A stretch of DNA of 56,265 nt from a virus. Taxonomy: Duplodnaviria > Caudoviricetes. Each line of letters begins with the position of its first letter. Position 1 is the first letter of the stretch. Where the stretch lies: the IMG/VR virus record IMGVR_UViG_3300036857_000084, positions 1 through 56,265 of that record, one strand, 5' to 3'. The notes under the pieces are model-generated. The model was not told where the DNA came from, made no database searches, and saw only the letters and a program-made list of their open reading frames with translations. Below, piece by piece: positions 18,379 through 26,475 of this stretch. The position numbers and the translations under genes are program-made.

Positions 18379-18995
18379 CGGAACCTCCCGTTCATACTCC
18401 GATGGGCTTGCGCCTTCGCGAGCGCACTCAGCCCCTCGCGCCACACGACGCTGACTACGATTACGCACATGCCTATCTGAGTGAGGGCATGATGCGGCCG
18501 TGGGAGCAGGTGGCTGAGCTTGTTGATCCGCCTGACCCGTATCCGCCATGGGCGCCGCTGTTCAACGTCTACATCTGTCCGGACTGGGCGTTGCCGTGGC
18601 TTGCGCAGATCGTCGGCGTGCGGCTGCCTGCAAGTCTTACACCAGATGATGCAGTTGCTGCCATCGTCGGCCTCGCCGGTCAGGCTCGTGGTGGACCGGC
18701 CGCGATCAAGACGGTTGTTGGACTGTTCTTGACTGGCAGCAAGAGCATGTACTTCCGCGAGCGCGATGGTGGAGATGCATATGCTCTTGAAATTGTCACG
18801 CTGGAAGGTGAGACTCCAGATCCGGCAGCCGTTCAGCGCGCCATCCTCAGCCAGAAGCCGGGCGGCATTGTGCTCAGCTACCGCACAGTCATCGCTTGGG
18901 ACCACGAAGCGCTGGCCTCGTACGCTTACCTCCACAGCGAGCTACCAACGATCTACCCAACTCATCGTGACCTACAGAGGGGGCCAGTAACATGA
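18375..18995 (+). CDS. Baseplate/tail protein I (P2 gpI-like)
   Basis: CP..ALPWLAQ.VGV...RG...AI...KPGG motif. Confidence 0.82.
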   Translation: MTEPPVHTPMGLRLRERTQPLAPHDADYDYAHAYLSEGMMRPWEQVAELVDPPDPYPPWAPLFNVYICPDWALPWLAQIVGVRLPASLTPDDAVAAIVGLAGQARGGPAAIKTVVGLFLTGSKSMYFRERDGGDAYALEIVTLEGETPDPAAVQRAILSQKPGGIVLSYRTVIAWDHEALASYAYLHSELPTIYPTHRDLQRGPVT

Positions 18996-19750
18996 CATAC
19001 GTCAGTGGTCGCACTCCGATCTTGGCTCTGCCGTATGCGACGCCTGACGACGACGTCAATGTCGCGATGGAAGAGCAGCAGATGATGGAGGCGGTCGAGA
19101 ATCTGCTTATGACGCGCCTCTTCATCGTCGGAGAGATGCGGACGTTCGCCTTCACGACTCCGCCGCATCCCTTCTGGATGAGGTGTGACGGCACAATCAA
19201 GGAGCAATCGGCATACCCGGAGTTGTGGGCAGCCATCGGTCCGACCTGGAACACCGGCGGTGAGTCGCCAACGCAGTTTCGCATTCCTGCGACGCCTGGT
19301 AGAGCACTCGTCGGGGCTGGCGCAGGACCGAGCTTGACCGAGCGGTTGGTTGCGACACGCTGGGGCGTCGAGGCCGTGGTCCTCACAATGGCGCAGTTGC
19401 AGCACAGCCATGCAGTTTCCGACCATCTTCACTCGGTCGGCAGTCTCTACACCGGCAATCACAACCACGGCGCCATCACGGGCGTGGGAGCGGGCGCTGA
19501 GACGGCAGTGCAATCGCTTGCTGGCGGTCCCCTCTACATCACACGCGGGCTGAGTGCCGGCGGTTACCATCAGCATGGGATCAACACGGACGGCAACATT
19601 GGCGTCTACGGCAACACAGGTGCCGCTGACAGAACGCTCTGGGCAAATGGCGCACGCGCGGACCAGAGCGGAGTTGGCGGTCCGGTTGGGCACGACAACA
19701 CGCAGCCGTCAATCGCAGTTCCCGTCTTCATCTACGCAGGGAGGGCATAA
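18992..19750 (+). CDS. Tail collar-domain fibre protein
   Basis: GE...FA......W..CDG......YPELWAAIG.T......FRIP..GR..VGAG; ends HDNTQPSIAV.VFI. Confidence 0.85.
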   Translation: MTYVSGRTPILALPYATPDDDVNVAMEEQQMMEAVENLLMTRLFIVGEMRTFAFTTPPHPFWMRCDGTIKEQSAYPELWAAIGPTWNTGGESPTQFRIPATPGRALVGAGAGPSLTERLVATRWGVEAVVLTMAQLQHSHAVSDHLHSVGSLYTGNHNHGAITGVGAGAETAVQSLAGGPLYITRGLSAGGYHQHGINTDGNIGVYGNTGAADRTLWANGARADQSGVGGPVGHDNTQPSIAVPVFIYAGRA

Positions 19751-20013
19751 TGTCAGTCCAAGTCTCAGTCACAGTCAGCTTTATCGCTCCGTCAGGAACC
19801 GAGGCGCGGAATCTCATCAAGGAGATGAACGTTCCCGCCGGTAGCTCGATCCAGGCAATCGTCCACGAGGAGCTGGCTGATCTCAGCGGCATCGTTCAAG
19901 AGGACGGGTCGATCATGTCGCATGTCGACATTGCGACGCAAGCGACTGAGGCCATGGTGGCTACCGCTCCGCCTGAGCCTGAGGAGGCGGCTGAGGAGCA
20001 GCCGGTCGAGTGA
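19750..20013 (+). CDS. Hypothetical protein
   Basis: Coupled ORF at the end of the tail operon. Confidence 0.55.
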   Translation: MSVQVSVTVSFIAPSGTEARNLIKEMNVPAGSSIQAIVHEELADLSGIVQEDGSIMSHVDIATQATEAMVATAPPEPEEAAEEQPVE

Positions 20014-20014
20014 A

Positions 20015-20095
20015 GTGTGGTTGCTCGCGATTCTTTGCGTGGCAATCTTCCTCTGTGTTCTCACGGTTCTGTTGGTTCTATGCTCCAAGCGCTAG
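20015..20095 (+). CDS. Tiny single-TM peptide (MWLLAILCVAIFLCVLTVLLVLCSKR)
   Basis: Hand-translated hydrophobic ORF. Confidence 0.4.
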   Translation: MWLLAILCVAIFLCVLTVLLVLCSKR

Positions 20096-20103
20096 CCTGA
20101 CGT

Positions 20104-20136
20104 CTTTAGGTTAGCTTTATGAGGCTAAGGTAGACT
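20104..20136 (+). promoter_or_regulatory. Promoter P1: CTTTAGG-N4-CTTTATG...TAGACT
   Basis: Same motif and spacing recur at 26322, 41634 and 48601, always intergenic at the head of a gene block. Confidence 0.75.
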
Positions 20137-20193
20137 CCGGCTAGGCGGGCGGCAGGGTGAGCCCGCCGAGACTGAGCCAAGGACTGGAGTCTG

Positions 20194-20364
20194 ATGTCTG
20201 GATGGGATGAGTTCGACCGGGAGGATCTGGTCGACAACATGGACTATTGGAACGAGGTGCGCTGGGGAGGTGACGCCCGTTCCGACGAGGAGATCAGGGA
20301 AGCGGCGGCCAGAGAACTGGACGACGATTTCATTCCCTATGACGATGAGGAGGTATGTGACTGA
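20194..20364 (+). CDS. Small, very acidic protein (56 aa)
   Basis: RBS GACTGGAG; MSGWDEFDREDLVDNMDYW...DDEEVCD; stop overlaps next ATG. Confidence 0.7.
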   Translation: MSGWDEFDREDLVDNMDYWNEVRWGGDARSDEEIREAAARELDDDFIPYDDEEVCD

Positions 20365-20552
20365 TGGAACAAATCTCAGCGCGTGAGAAGCGGCTCAACG
20401 CTCAGGCGATGGCACGCCTGTACAGCGCCTACACGCCCACGCAGCTGAGGCGGCTGATGTACATCTACCGCGAGACTGGCAATCTCTCTGAGGTTGTCGG
20501 GGCTGAGAACAAGCGTGCGATCAAGCGCGCTGTGAACTACAAACTGTTGTAA
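20364..20552 (+). CDS. Hypothetical protein
   Basis: GGAGG RBS; coupled to the upstream gene. Confidence 0.6.
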   Translation: MEQISAREKRLNAQAMARLYSAYTPTQLRRLMYIYRETGNLSEVVGAENKRAIKRAVNYKLL

Positions 20553-20561
20553 GGACTGACA

Positions 20562-20774
20562 ATGAAGCACATGAGTGATTTCGAGCGGCAGCTCAGCGCG
20601 GAGCTTCTGGAGCACAGGAAGCAGTTGGAAGTGGAGCACATGGAGCGCGTCGGGAGGATCAATGCGGCGCTCCGTGAGCTGAACATTCCGGAGGGCAAGA
20701 TCACACCGCGTCCCCGCATGGAGATGCGTGTGTCGGCGGGGAACGGTGTAGTTGAGGAGCGGCTCGCGGCCTAG
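20562..20774 (+). CDS. Hypothetical coiled-coil protein
   Basis: AAGGA RBS. Confidence 0.6.
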   Translation: MKHMSDFERQLSAELLEHRKQLEVEHMERVGRINAALRELNIPEGKITPRPRMEMRVSAGNGVVEERLAA

Positions 20775-20788
20775 CTTCCGCGCCCCTC

Positions 20789-20882
20789 ATATATCCACCC
20801 GTAGTCATGCCGTACTCATCTTCTCCGGGCCTCCGAGCGCGACCCCCGGCTAACGGACCTGAATAGGCGACCTTCACCGGGA
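20789..20882 (+). repeat. 94-bp dispersed element, copy A
   Basis: 66/94 ungapped identity (hand count) to the reverse complement of 40308-40401. Confidence 0.8.
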
Positions 20883-20886
20883 AATC

Positions 20887-21138
20887 GTGGCTAGGAAAAA
20901 GAGCAGGCGCGCAGTGTTACTACTGCATCGACAGCGGCAGGCCCCGTGGATGTACTATTCGCGGTGGGCTCCGCACCTGGATGAAGATGGCCTTTACGCG
21001 GTCCGCTCAAACACGTATGGCGACGTGATGCGACGCTACCCCAGGAAGCGCTATGACCGTGCGCAAGCCTTTGCCGATCTTCTCAATCGCGAGGAAGTGA
21101 ACGCAGCCATTCAGGTTGCGGCGAGGCGGAGGATATGA
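20887..21138 (+). CDS. Hypothetical protein
   Basis: ORF coupled to the next gene (ATGA). Confidence 0.5.
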   Translation: MARKKSRRAVLLLHRQRQAPWMYYSRWAPHLDEDGLYAVRSNTYGDVMRRYPRKRYDRAQAFADLLNREEVNAAIQVAARRRI

Positions 21139-21341
21139 AGAAACGACCACAAGGAGAGTTTCACAAGCAGCTACCGATGTTCAAGATGGAGTACACCGGC
21201 GCCGGTTGGATGCGCATAGAATGTACCCGATGTGGGGGCGTCGCCTGGGTTAGACGCGGACCTTGGCTACACTCAATGCGCAACCGCCACCTTGTAGCTC
21301 GCGCCTGTACGTACTGCATGAAAGTCAGTCGAGTTCTCTAG
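21135..21341 (+). CDS. Zinc-ribbon protein
   Basis: CTRC...CTYC; GGAGG RBS. Confidence 0.6.
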   Translation: MKKRPQGEFHKQLPMFKMEYTGAGWMRIECTRCGGVAWVRRGPWLHSMRNRHLVARACTYCMKVSRVL

Positions 21342-21435
21342 CAGGGAGAAAGGAGCAGCACACCTGGCTAACCAGTGGGGCTATACCGAAGTCACGTAGG
21401 TGGCCCTGGCTAGACAAGGAAACAACTGAAAGGCA

Positions 21436-21876
21436 GTGATGAAGGTTATCTCTGTTGTTTCAATTCTGATGCTCGCAGCCCCGGCAGTCGCGTCCGCCCA
21501 GGTTGCCGAGCATAACGTGATGAAGCAGAAGCGTCACGTGAACTACCGCCATGAGGGATGTAACACGCACAAGTGCGACAGGCGGATGGACAAGAAGTCC
21601 CACATGAAGACCCTTCACAAATGGTGGAGAGCTACTGCCCCGTTCCGAGGCTGGCTGCGATCTACCCGGATGTGTGAGTCAGGAGGCAACTACCGCACCA
21701 ACACGGGCAATGGGTTCTACGGCGCCTACCAATTTGTGCTTAGCACTTGGTGGTCCGCCGGAGGGCACGGATACCCGCATCTCGCCGAGCCGCTGGAGCA
21801 GGACTACCGCGCGGTGGTTTGGCGGAAGATGATCGGCAATCCGCACTCGCCAGGAGGTTGGCCCGTTTGCGGGTAA
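21436..21876 (+). CDS. rpf: Secreted Rpf-family (resuscitation-promoting factor-like) lytic transglycosylase
   Basis: Signal peptide (…PAVASA); CESGGN...NTGNGFYGAYQF...TW...GG...P..A...EQ...A...WPVC is the Rpf catalytic domain. Confidence 0.88.
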   Translation: MMKVISVVSILMLAAPAVASAQVAEHNVMKQKRHVNYRHEGCNTHKCDRRMDKKSHMKTLHKWWRATAPFRGWLRSTRMCESGGNYRTNTGNGFYGAYQFVLSTWWSAGGHGYPHLAEPLEQDYRAVVWRKMIGNPHSPGGWPVCG

Positions 21877-21900
21877 CTTGACCACATAGATCACCAACGT

Positions 21901-21945
21901 GGGCTGGCTGGCCGCGACCCCTCCCCCCATCCGGTCAGTCAGCCC
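21901..21945 (+). terminator. GC-rich hairpin after rpf
   Basis: 14-bp stem (2 G-U) 21901-21914/21932-21945 with a C-rich loop; no U tract. Confidence 0.5.
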
Positions 21946-21961
21946 GCCTTGAAGGAGGAGT

Positions 21962-22342
21962 ATGGCAACACACGATAACAGACTCGAATACACGCGCGAT
22001 CAGCTATTGGAACTCGCGCTGACGGACAACCCGCTCAAGCGGCTGATGCTGGCGACCGTGGACTGGGCGCCGTTCCAGCATCTCGAACTCGCGGGGCAGT
22101 TGAAGATGTCCGGCGATGAGATGGTCGCAGCGTCGAATGAGTGGCGCGAAGCGCATGATCCGGCGAAGATGCCGTCCATGCATCTGGAACTCGACGCGGC
22201 CGCCAGAAAGGCAGCCGAGACAGCTACCAAGGCCCTGATCGACGCGGCCGAGGCGGCGTTTCAGCTATACAGAGTCACCCAACTATGCGAGTGCCGACGG
22301 TGCCAGGCAAGGCGTCAGCGTCGCAACGCAAAGTCAAACTGA
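21962..22342 (+). CDS. Hypothetical protein
   Basis: AGGAGG RBS; C-terminal CxCxxC. Confidence 0.65.
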   Translation: MATHDNRLEYTRDQLLELALTDNPLKRLMLATVDWAPFQHLELAGQLKMSGDEMVAASNEWREAHDPAKMPSMHLELDAAARKAAETATKALIDAAEAAFQLYRVTQLCECRRCQARRQRRNAKSN

Positions 22343-24168
22343 AGTTCAGGACTCCTGAGACAAGGCAAACCTGGGCCGTGATTGGACCATATTGCGAAAT
22401 CAGCGCAGACGGGCGCAAGATTGACGTCTGGTTCCCGTACGCGCCAGACACAAAGGATGCCGTCAAGGCACTCCCTGGACGGTTCGTACCCAAGGAGGAT
22501 GGAGGACCATACTGGACTGTTCCGCTTGACCTAGATGTCGCTCGGCGGTTGCGTGAGATCTTTGGTGACGATCTTGACATGGGTCCGAGCATCGAGCGCT
22601 GGGGATGGGAGCAGCGCAAGATCGAACGCAATCTCGCGAAGATCGCCATAGCCGACGATGCGGGGTTGAAGGTGCTCCCCGAGGTACTGCCGGACTTGGC
22701 TGAGTTCTTGCGACCGTACCAACGGGCAGATGTTGCTTTCATGGCACATGGCAACATCATCAACGCCAATGAGCCGGGCCTCGGCAAGACGGTTGAGACC
22801 ATTGCGGCCGTGTTCGAGGCTGAGCTAGACGATGGACCACAACTCGTGGTGGCGCCCAAGACCAGCCTCGGCACTGTCTGGCAGTTTGAGCTTGACGAGT
22901 GGGTGGGCGATCCCGTCTACATTCTCTCTGGCGATACCACACGTGGGGAACTGGACACCATTTTGGGTAAGGTTCTCGCACACCAGAAGCGCCGTGAGCC
23001 ATTCTGGTTTGTGACGACCGCAGCACAGTTGCGCAAGGGCCTACCTGCGTTGCTCGCGAAGATGAAATGGAAGACGATCATCATCGACGAGTACCACACT
23101 ACCGGCCTCGTTACTGTGTCTGGTGATCTGAGCAAAGGCACGCAATTCGGCAAGCTCGTGCGCGGCCTCAAGCGTGAGCGTCTGTTCCTGGTCTCGGGTA
23201 CGCCAATGGGCGGAAAGCCGATCAAACTCTGGGGCGCACTCCATCATATCGATCAGATCAAGTTCTCGTCCAAATGGCGATGGGCGGAACTCTGGCTCAA
23301 CATCGAGGCAGGTTGGGACGGGCACAAGAAGATTGGTGGCATTCAGCGCGGCCGTGAGGATGAGTTCTACAAGGCGCACGCGCAGTACATTGTCAGACGG
23401 CTCAAGGCAGAAGTTGTGCCCGAGCTACCGCCGATCCAACGCATCAATGTCTGGTGCGATATGACGAAAGCGCAGCAGCGCCAGTACGCGAAGATGGAGC
23501 GCGACGCGGAAGTCAGGATTGACGAGTATCGGCTCAGCGCCGTCGGCGTGCTCGCGGAGTACACGCGCCTCAAGCAGTTCGCGAACGCAGAGTGCTCCAT
23601 TGCGACGCGGCTGAAAGCAGACGGCGAGGAAGAAGTCAGACTCATTCCGATGAACTCTGGCAAGCTTGACTTCTTGGTCGAGAGACTGGATGAGGTTGGC
23701 ATTCGCAAGAAGGATGACGAAGGCGAAGCTGTCGCAGTCGTCGCGAGCCAGTCTCGGCAGATGGTGGATTGGGTCTGCTTCATGCTCAACAAGATGGGCA
23801 TCAAGGCCGAGAAGATCACTGGCAAGATTAGTGAGCGCAAGCGCAATGACTTGGTTCGCCGGTTCCAGAGCGGCACAAATGCCCCGCGCGTGCTCTGCGT
23901 CACGACGACCGCTGGCGGAGTTGCGATCACACTCGACCGGGCTGACACCATCCACATCCTCGATGAGACTTGGAACCCTGACGATCAGGAGCAGCTAGAG
24001 GATCGCGTTCACCGCATCAGCCGCATCCACCAAGTGACGGCGTACTACTACAGGTCGATTGGGACCGTTGAGGAGGACATCTATAAGGTAGCGCAAGACA
24101 AGCACATCACGACCAAGAACATCCTCGATGTGCGACGGCAGATCTTCAAGGAAAGGGGAGCAGATTAG
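22285..24168 (+). CDS. SNF2-family helicase/ATPase (start uncertain)
   Basis: LRPYQ, NEPGLGKT, IIDEYH, SGTP, GGVAITL, WNP...Q.EDR.HR motifs. Confidence 0.92.
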   Translation: MRVPTVPGKASASQRKVKLKFRTPETRQTWAVIGPYCEISADGRKIDVWFPYAPDTKDAVKALPGRFVPKEDGGPYWTVPLDLDVARRLREIFGDDLDMGPSIERWGWEQRKIERNLAKIAIADDAGLKVLPEVLPDLAEFLRPYQRADVAFMAHGNIINANEPGLGKTVETIAAVFEAELDDGPQLVVAPKTSLGTVWQFELDEWVGDPVYILSGDTTRGELDTILGKVLAHQKRREPFWFVTTAAQLRKGLPALLAKMKWKTIIIDEYHTTGLVTVSGDLSKGTQFGKLVRGLKRERLFLVSGTPMGGKPIKLWGALHHIDQIKFSSKWRWAELWLNIEAGWDGHKKIGGIQRGREDEFYKAHAQYIVRRLKAEVVPELPPIQRINVWCDMTKAQQRQYAKMERDAEVRIDEYRLSAVGVLAEYTRLKQFANAECSIATRLKADGEEEVRLIPMNSGKLDFLVERLDEVGIRKKDDEGEAVAVVASQSRQMVDWVCFMLNKMGIKAEKITGKISERKRNDLVRRFQSGTNAPRVLCVTTTAGGVAITLDRADTIHILDETWNPDDQEQLEDRVHRISRIHQVTAYYYRSIGTVEEDIYKVAQDKHITTKNILDVRRQIFKERGAD

Positions 24169-24362
24169 TGCCTAGGGGTAGACGACCAGATCAACCACCG
24201 CCGCCGCCAACAGGACTGCCGCCGAACTTCGTACAACAGCGTGACCGTGAGATCACACGCCTGTGCCATGCGTTGACATATCTCGTGGAGCGGGCGGCGG
24301 AAGCGCTCGACATAGTGATCGAGCAATTCGAGGAAGAGCAACAGGAGAGGAAAGGTTCATGA
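24168..24362 (+). CDS. Hypothetical protein
   Basis: Coupled ORF. Confidence 0.5.
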   Translation: MPRGRRPDQPPPPPTGLPPNFVQQRDREITRLCHALTYLVERAAEALDIVIEQFEEEQQERKGS

Positions 24363-25129
24363 AGGGATATGTCGCGGCGATTGCCGCAGCAGTCAGTTTG
24401 GTCGTCGCAGGAGCCGCGAGCGCCGACCAGGACAAGGGGTGGATCTGCCACGGGCAGAAGGATGGCTCCTTCGCGCTGATCGATGTCTCGACCGACTCGG
24501 TGCACTGGAAGAAGGACAAGCCCGACGGCAAGGATCACGAGCCAAGTACCGACAATGACGGACACAAGCACTGCGGCAAGCCTGAGGAGCCGCCGACGCC
24601 GGTGTTCACCGGCAAGCTAGACTTCGAGCTAGTTCAGCCCGGCTGTGCCGCGGGTGAAGTCGGAGTGCCCGGGTTCACGGTGACCGAGCAGACGTTCGAG
24701 GATGGCGAGATGACCGACGAACAGGTCATTTTTGAGTATCCCACCACATGTATTCCCATCGTGCCGGGACCGCCTGGCCCGACCGGGGCGGCTGGAGCAC
24801 CCGGGGCGCCTGGCGCCACTGGTGCTACCGGACCTGCCGGCAAGCCTGGGACCACGGGCCAGAGCGTCCATCGCTGCAAGTCCAGGCGCTCAGTGACGAT
24901 CACGCTGCCTAAGTCGTTCACGGGCGCCAGAACCGTCAGGGTGACGGTCGGCAGCAAGGTCAAGATCCTCAAGGTCAAGTCGGGCCGCAAGGTCACGATC
25001 AGCCTCAAGGGCATTCGCGAGGGCAGTGCCGCAATCCGAATCAAGAAGGGCAGACTTCACTTCACCAGGCAGTACGCTGTCTGCAACGAAGGCAACTTGA
25101 CCGGCGTCAACGTGCCGGTCGCCGAATGA
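24359..25129 (+). CDS. Secreted protein with collagen segment and basic beta-rich C-terminal domain
   Basis: Signal peptide ending AASA; KGWICH...H...H module; G-X-Y repeat; Lys/Arg-rich C-terminus. Confidence 0.75.
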   Translation: MKGYVAAIAAAVSLVVAGAASADQDKGWICHGQKDGSFALIDVSTDSVHWKKDKPDGKDHEPSTDNDGHKHCGKPEEPPTPVFTGKLDFELVQPGCAAGEVGVPGFTVTEQTFEDGEMTDEQVIFEYPTTCIPIVPGPPGPTGAAGAPGAPGATGATGPAGKPGTTGQSVHRCKSRRSVTITLPKSFTGARTVRVTVGSKVKILKVKSGRKVTISLKGIREGSAAIRIKKGRLHFTRQYAVCNEGNLTGVNVPVAE

Positions 25130-25176
25130 AGTACCCCAACACAACCGGCGCCACAAGGCGCCAAGAAAGGAGCGAC

Positions 25177-25689
25177 ATGCGTCGCTTGCTGTGCCTGGCC
25201 GGACTCTCGGCCGTGCTACTCATCCCGGCCGGGGCCTCCGCCCAGGCGCCCACCCTCGACACCGCCGGGGCGCAGACCGCCACCGGCAACTTCGTCCAGA
25301 GGCATGCCAGGGACATCATCGATGCCCGTGGGCGTGCCTCGCTCGATGCGCCCGCAAGTGACCTCAACTGCGTGCAGCAGACCGCTGCGCGATTCCCGAG
25401 GTTCTACTGCGAGTTCTCGGCGGACATCAGCGACCGCGTGTTCCTCGGGTTCACGCGCGTCCACATCCGCAGCGTCCATGGCGGCCCGCAGCCTCCGCAC
25501 CACACGAAGATCGTGCGGCGGTTCCTGGTCCGTCACTTCCACTGTGTCGGCGTCGTCCAGGTCCGTGCCGCATTCTTCCGGCCGAGCGTGAGCCTGGTCG
25601 CTAAGGACTGCGTCCAGGGACGTAGCACGTTCGACACCGGCCCGTCGGATGACGCGGCCCCGGCCCCTGCCCCGACGGCATCGGCCTGA
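25177..25689 (+). CDS. Secreted protein with 4 Cys in the mature part
   Basis: AAGGAG RBS; MRRLLCLAGLSAVLLIPAGASA signal peptide. Confidence 0.72.
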   Translation: MRRLLCLAGLSAVLLIPAGASAQAPTLDTAGAQTATGNFVQRHARDIIDARGRASLDAPASDLNCVQQTAARFPRFYCEFSADISDRVFLGFTRVHIRSVHGGPQPPHHTKIVRRFLVRHFHCVGVVQVRAAFFRPSVSLVAKDCVQGRSTFDTGPSDDAAPAPAPTASA

Positions 25690-25696
25690 TTCATCT

Positions 25697-25744
25697 GGGG
25701 GCTCCGGCGTGGTTTCTAAAGTGGGGGCCGACGCCGGAGCCTCC
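25697..25744 (+). terminator. GC-rich hairpin
   Basis: GGGGGCTCCGGCGT / ACGCCGGAGCCTCC 14-bp stem. Confidence 0.55.
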
Positions 25745-25761
25745 ACCCTAGTGGAGGGGAT

Positions 25762-26139
25762 ATGAGACAAGCTATAGCACTCGCCGTCTGTCTCTTGCTG
25801 GGATGCTCAGCATTCGCTATCGCCAATCGTGTCGAACCCGCAGCTCAGCCTGCGGCAAAGACAAAGGTCAAGACCGTGCGCGGGAAGACCGGCAAGCGCG
25901 GTCCGCGCGGTCTGCGTGGCCCACAGGGACTGCCGGGTGACCCCGGTCCGCCAGGTGATCCTGGACCGCCTGGCAATGATGGGGCTCCCGGTAATGACGG
26001 GGCTCCCGGCCAGGACGGACAAGATGGTGCTCCCGGTGCTCCCGGCCCTGCCTGCCCGGATGGGGCGACGGCAACGCAGGAAACAGTCATGCTCGATGGT
26101 GGCGGTACGGCCAAGGCCGTGCTCTGTGTGGTGCCGTAA
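25762..26139 (+). CDS. Secreted or anchored collagen-like protein
   Basis: N-terminal hydrophobic helix, long G-X-Y run, CPDG...C tail. Confidence 0.78.
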   Translation: MRQAIALAVCLLLGCSAFAIANRVEPAAQPAAKTKVKTVRGKTGKRGPRGLRGPQGLPGDPGPPGDPGPPGNDGAPGNDGAPGQDGQDGAPGAPGPACPDGATATQETVMLDGGGTAKAVLCVVP

Positions 26140-26318
26140 TGCAACGGTGGGAAATCAGCGTCAAGGAGGTTGTTGAACGGAAGTACATCGTCTATGCGAC
26201 TTCCCCTGGCGAAGCAGTCGAGACACTCCAGGAGGGCATCTTCACCAAGGTGGAGGACAACGACGGGACGATTCAGGAAGTCCTCAGCGTCGTCGAAGCA
26301 CCAGAAGTTCCCGGGTGA
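26139..26318 (+). CDS. Hypothetical protein (59 aa, [20 protein letters not shown]...)
   Basis: TAATG coupling; fills the gap up to the promoter. Confidence 0.6.
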   Translation: MQRWEISVKEVVERKYIVYATSPGEAVETLQEGIFTKVEDNDGTIQEVLSVVEAPEVPG

Positions 26319-26321
26319 GGC

Positions 26322-26354
26322 CTTTAGGTTCGCTTTATGAAGCGAAGGTAGACT
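26322..26354 (+). promoter_or_regulatory. Promoter P2: CTTTAGG-N4-CTTTATG...TAGACT
   Basis: Spacing identical to P1; precedes the replication operon. Confidence 0.75.
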
Positions 26355-26475
26355 AGAGGCTCGCGCTAGGCCGAGCGCGTCATCGCGGTTCCGTTGACTG
26401 GATACGGTGTATCTCCAGTCCGCCGCCCAGTCAGCGGAGCCGCCACCTTTCTACTCAGGTCTGGAGCAAGTAGAA

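Noticed and set aside
21342-21435. c-di-AMP (ydaO) riboswitch upstream of rpf
   Set aside because: A hairpin and TGGGG...GTAGG fragments are present, but the gap is only ~95 nt and the GCTGAA and CCCGNCAGCTAAC elements are missing; cmscan would settle it
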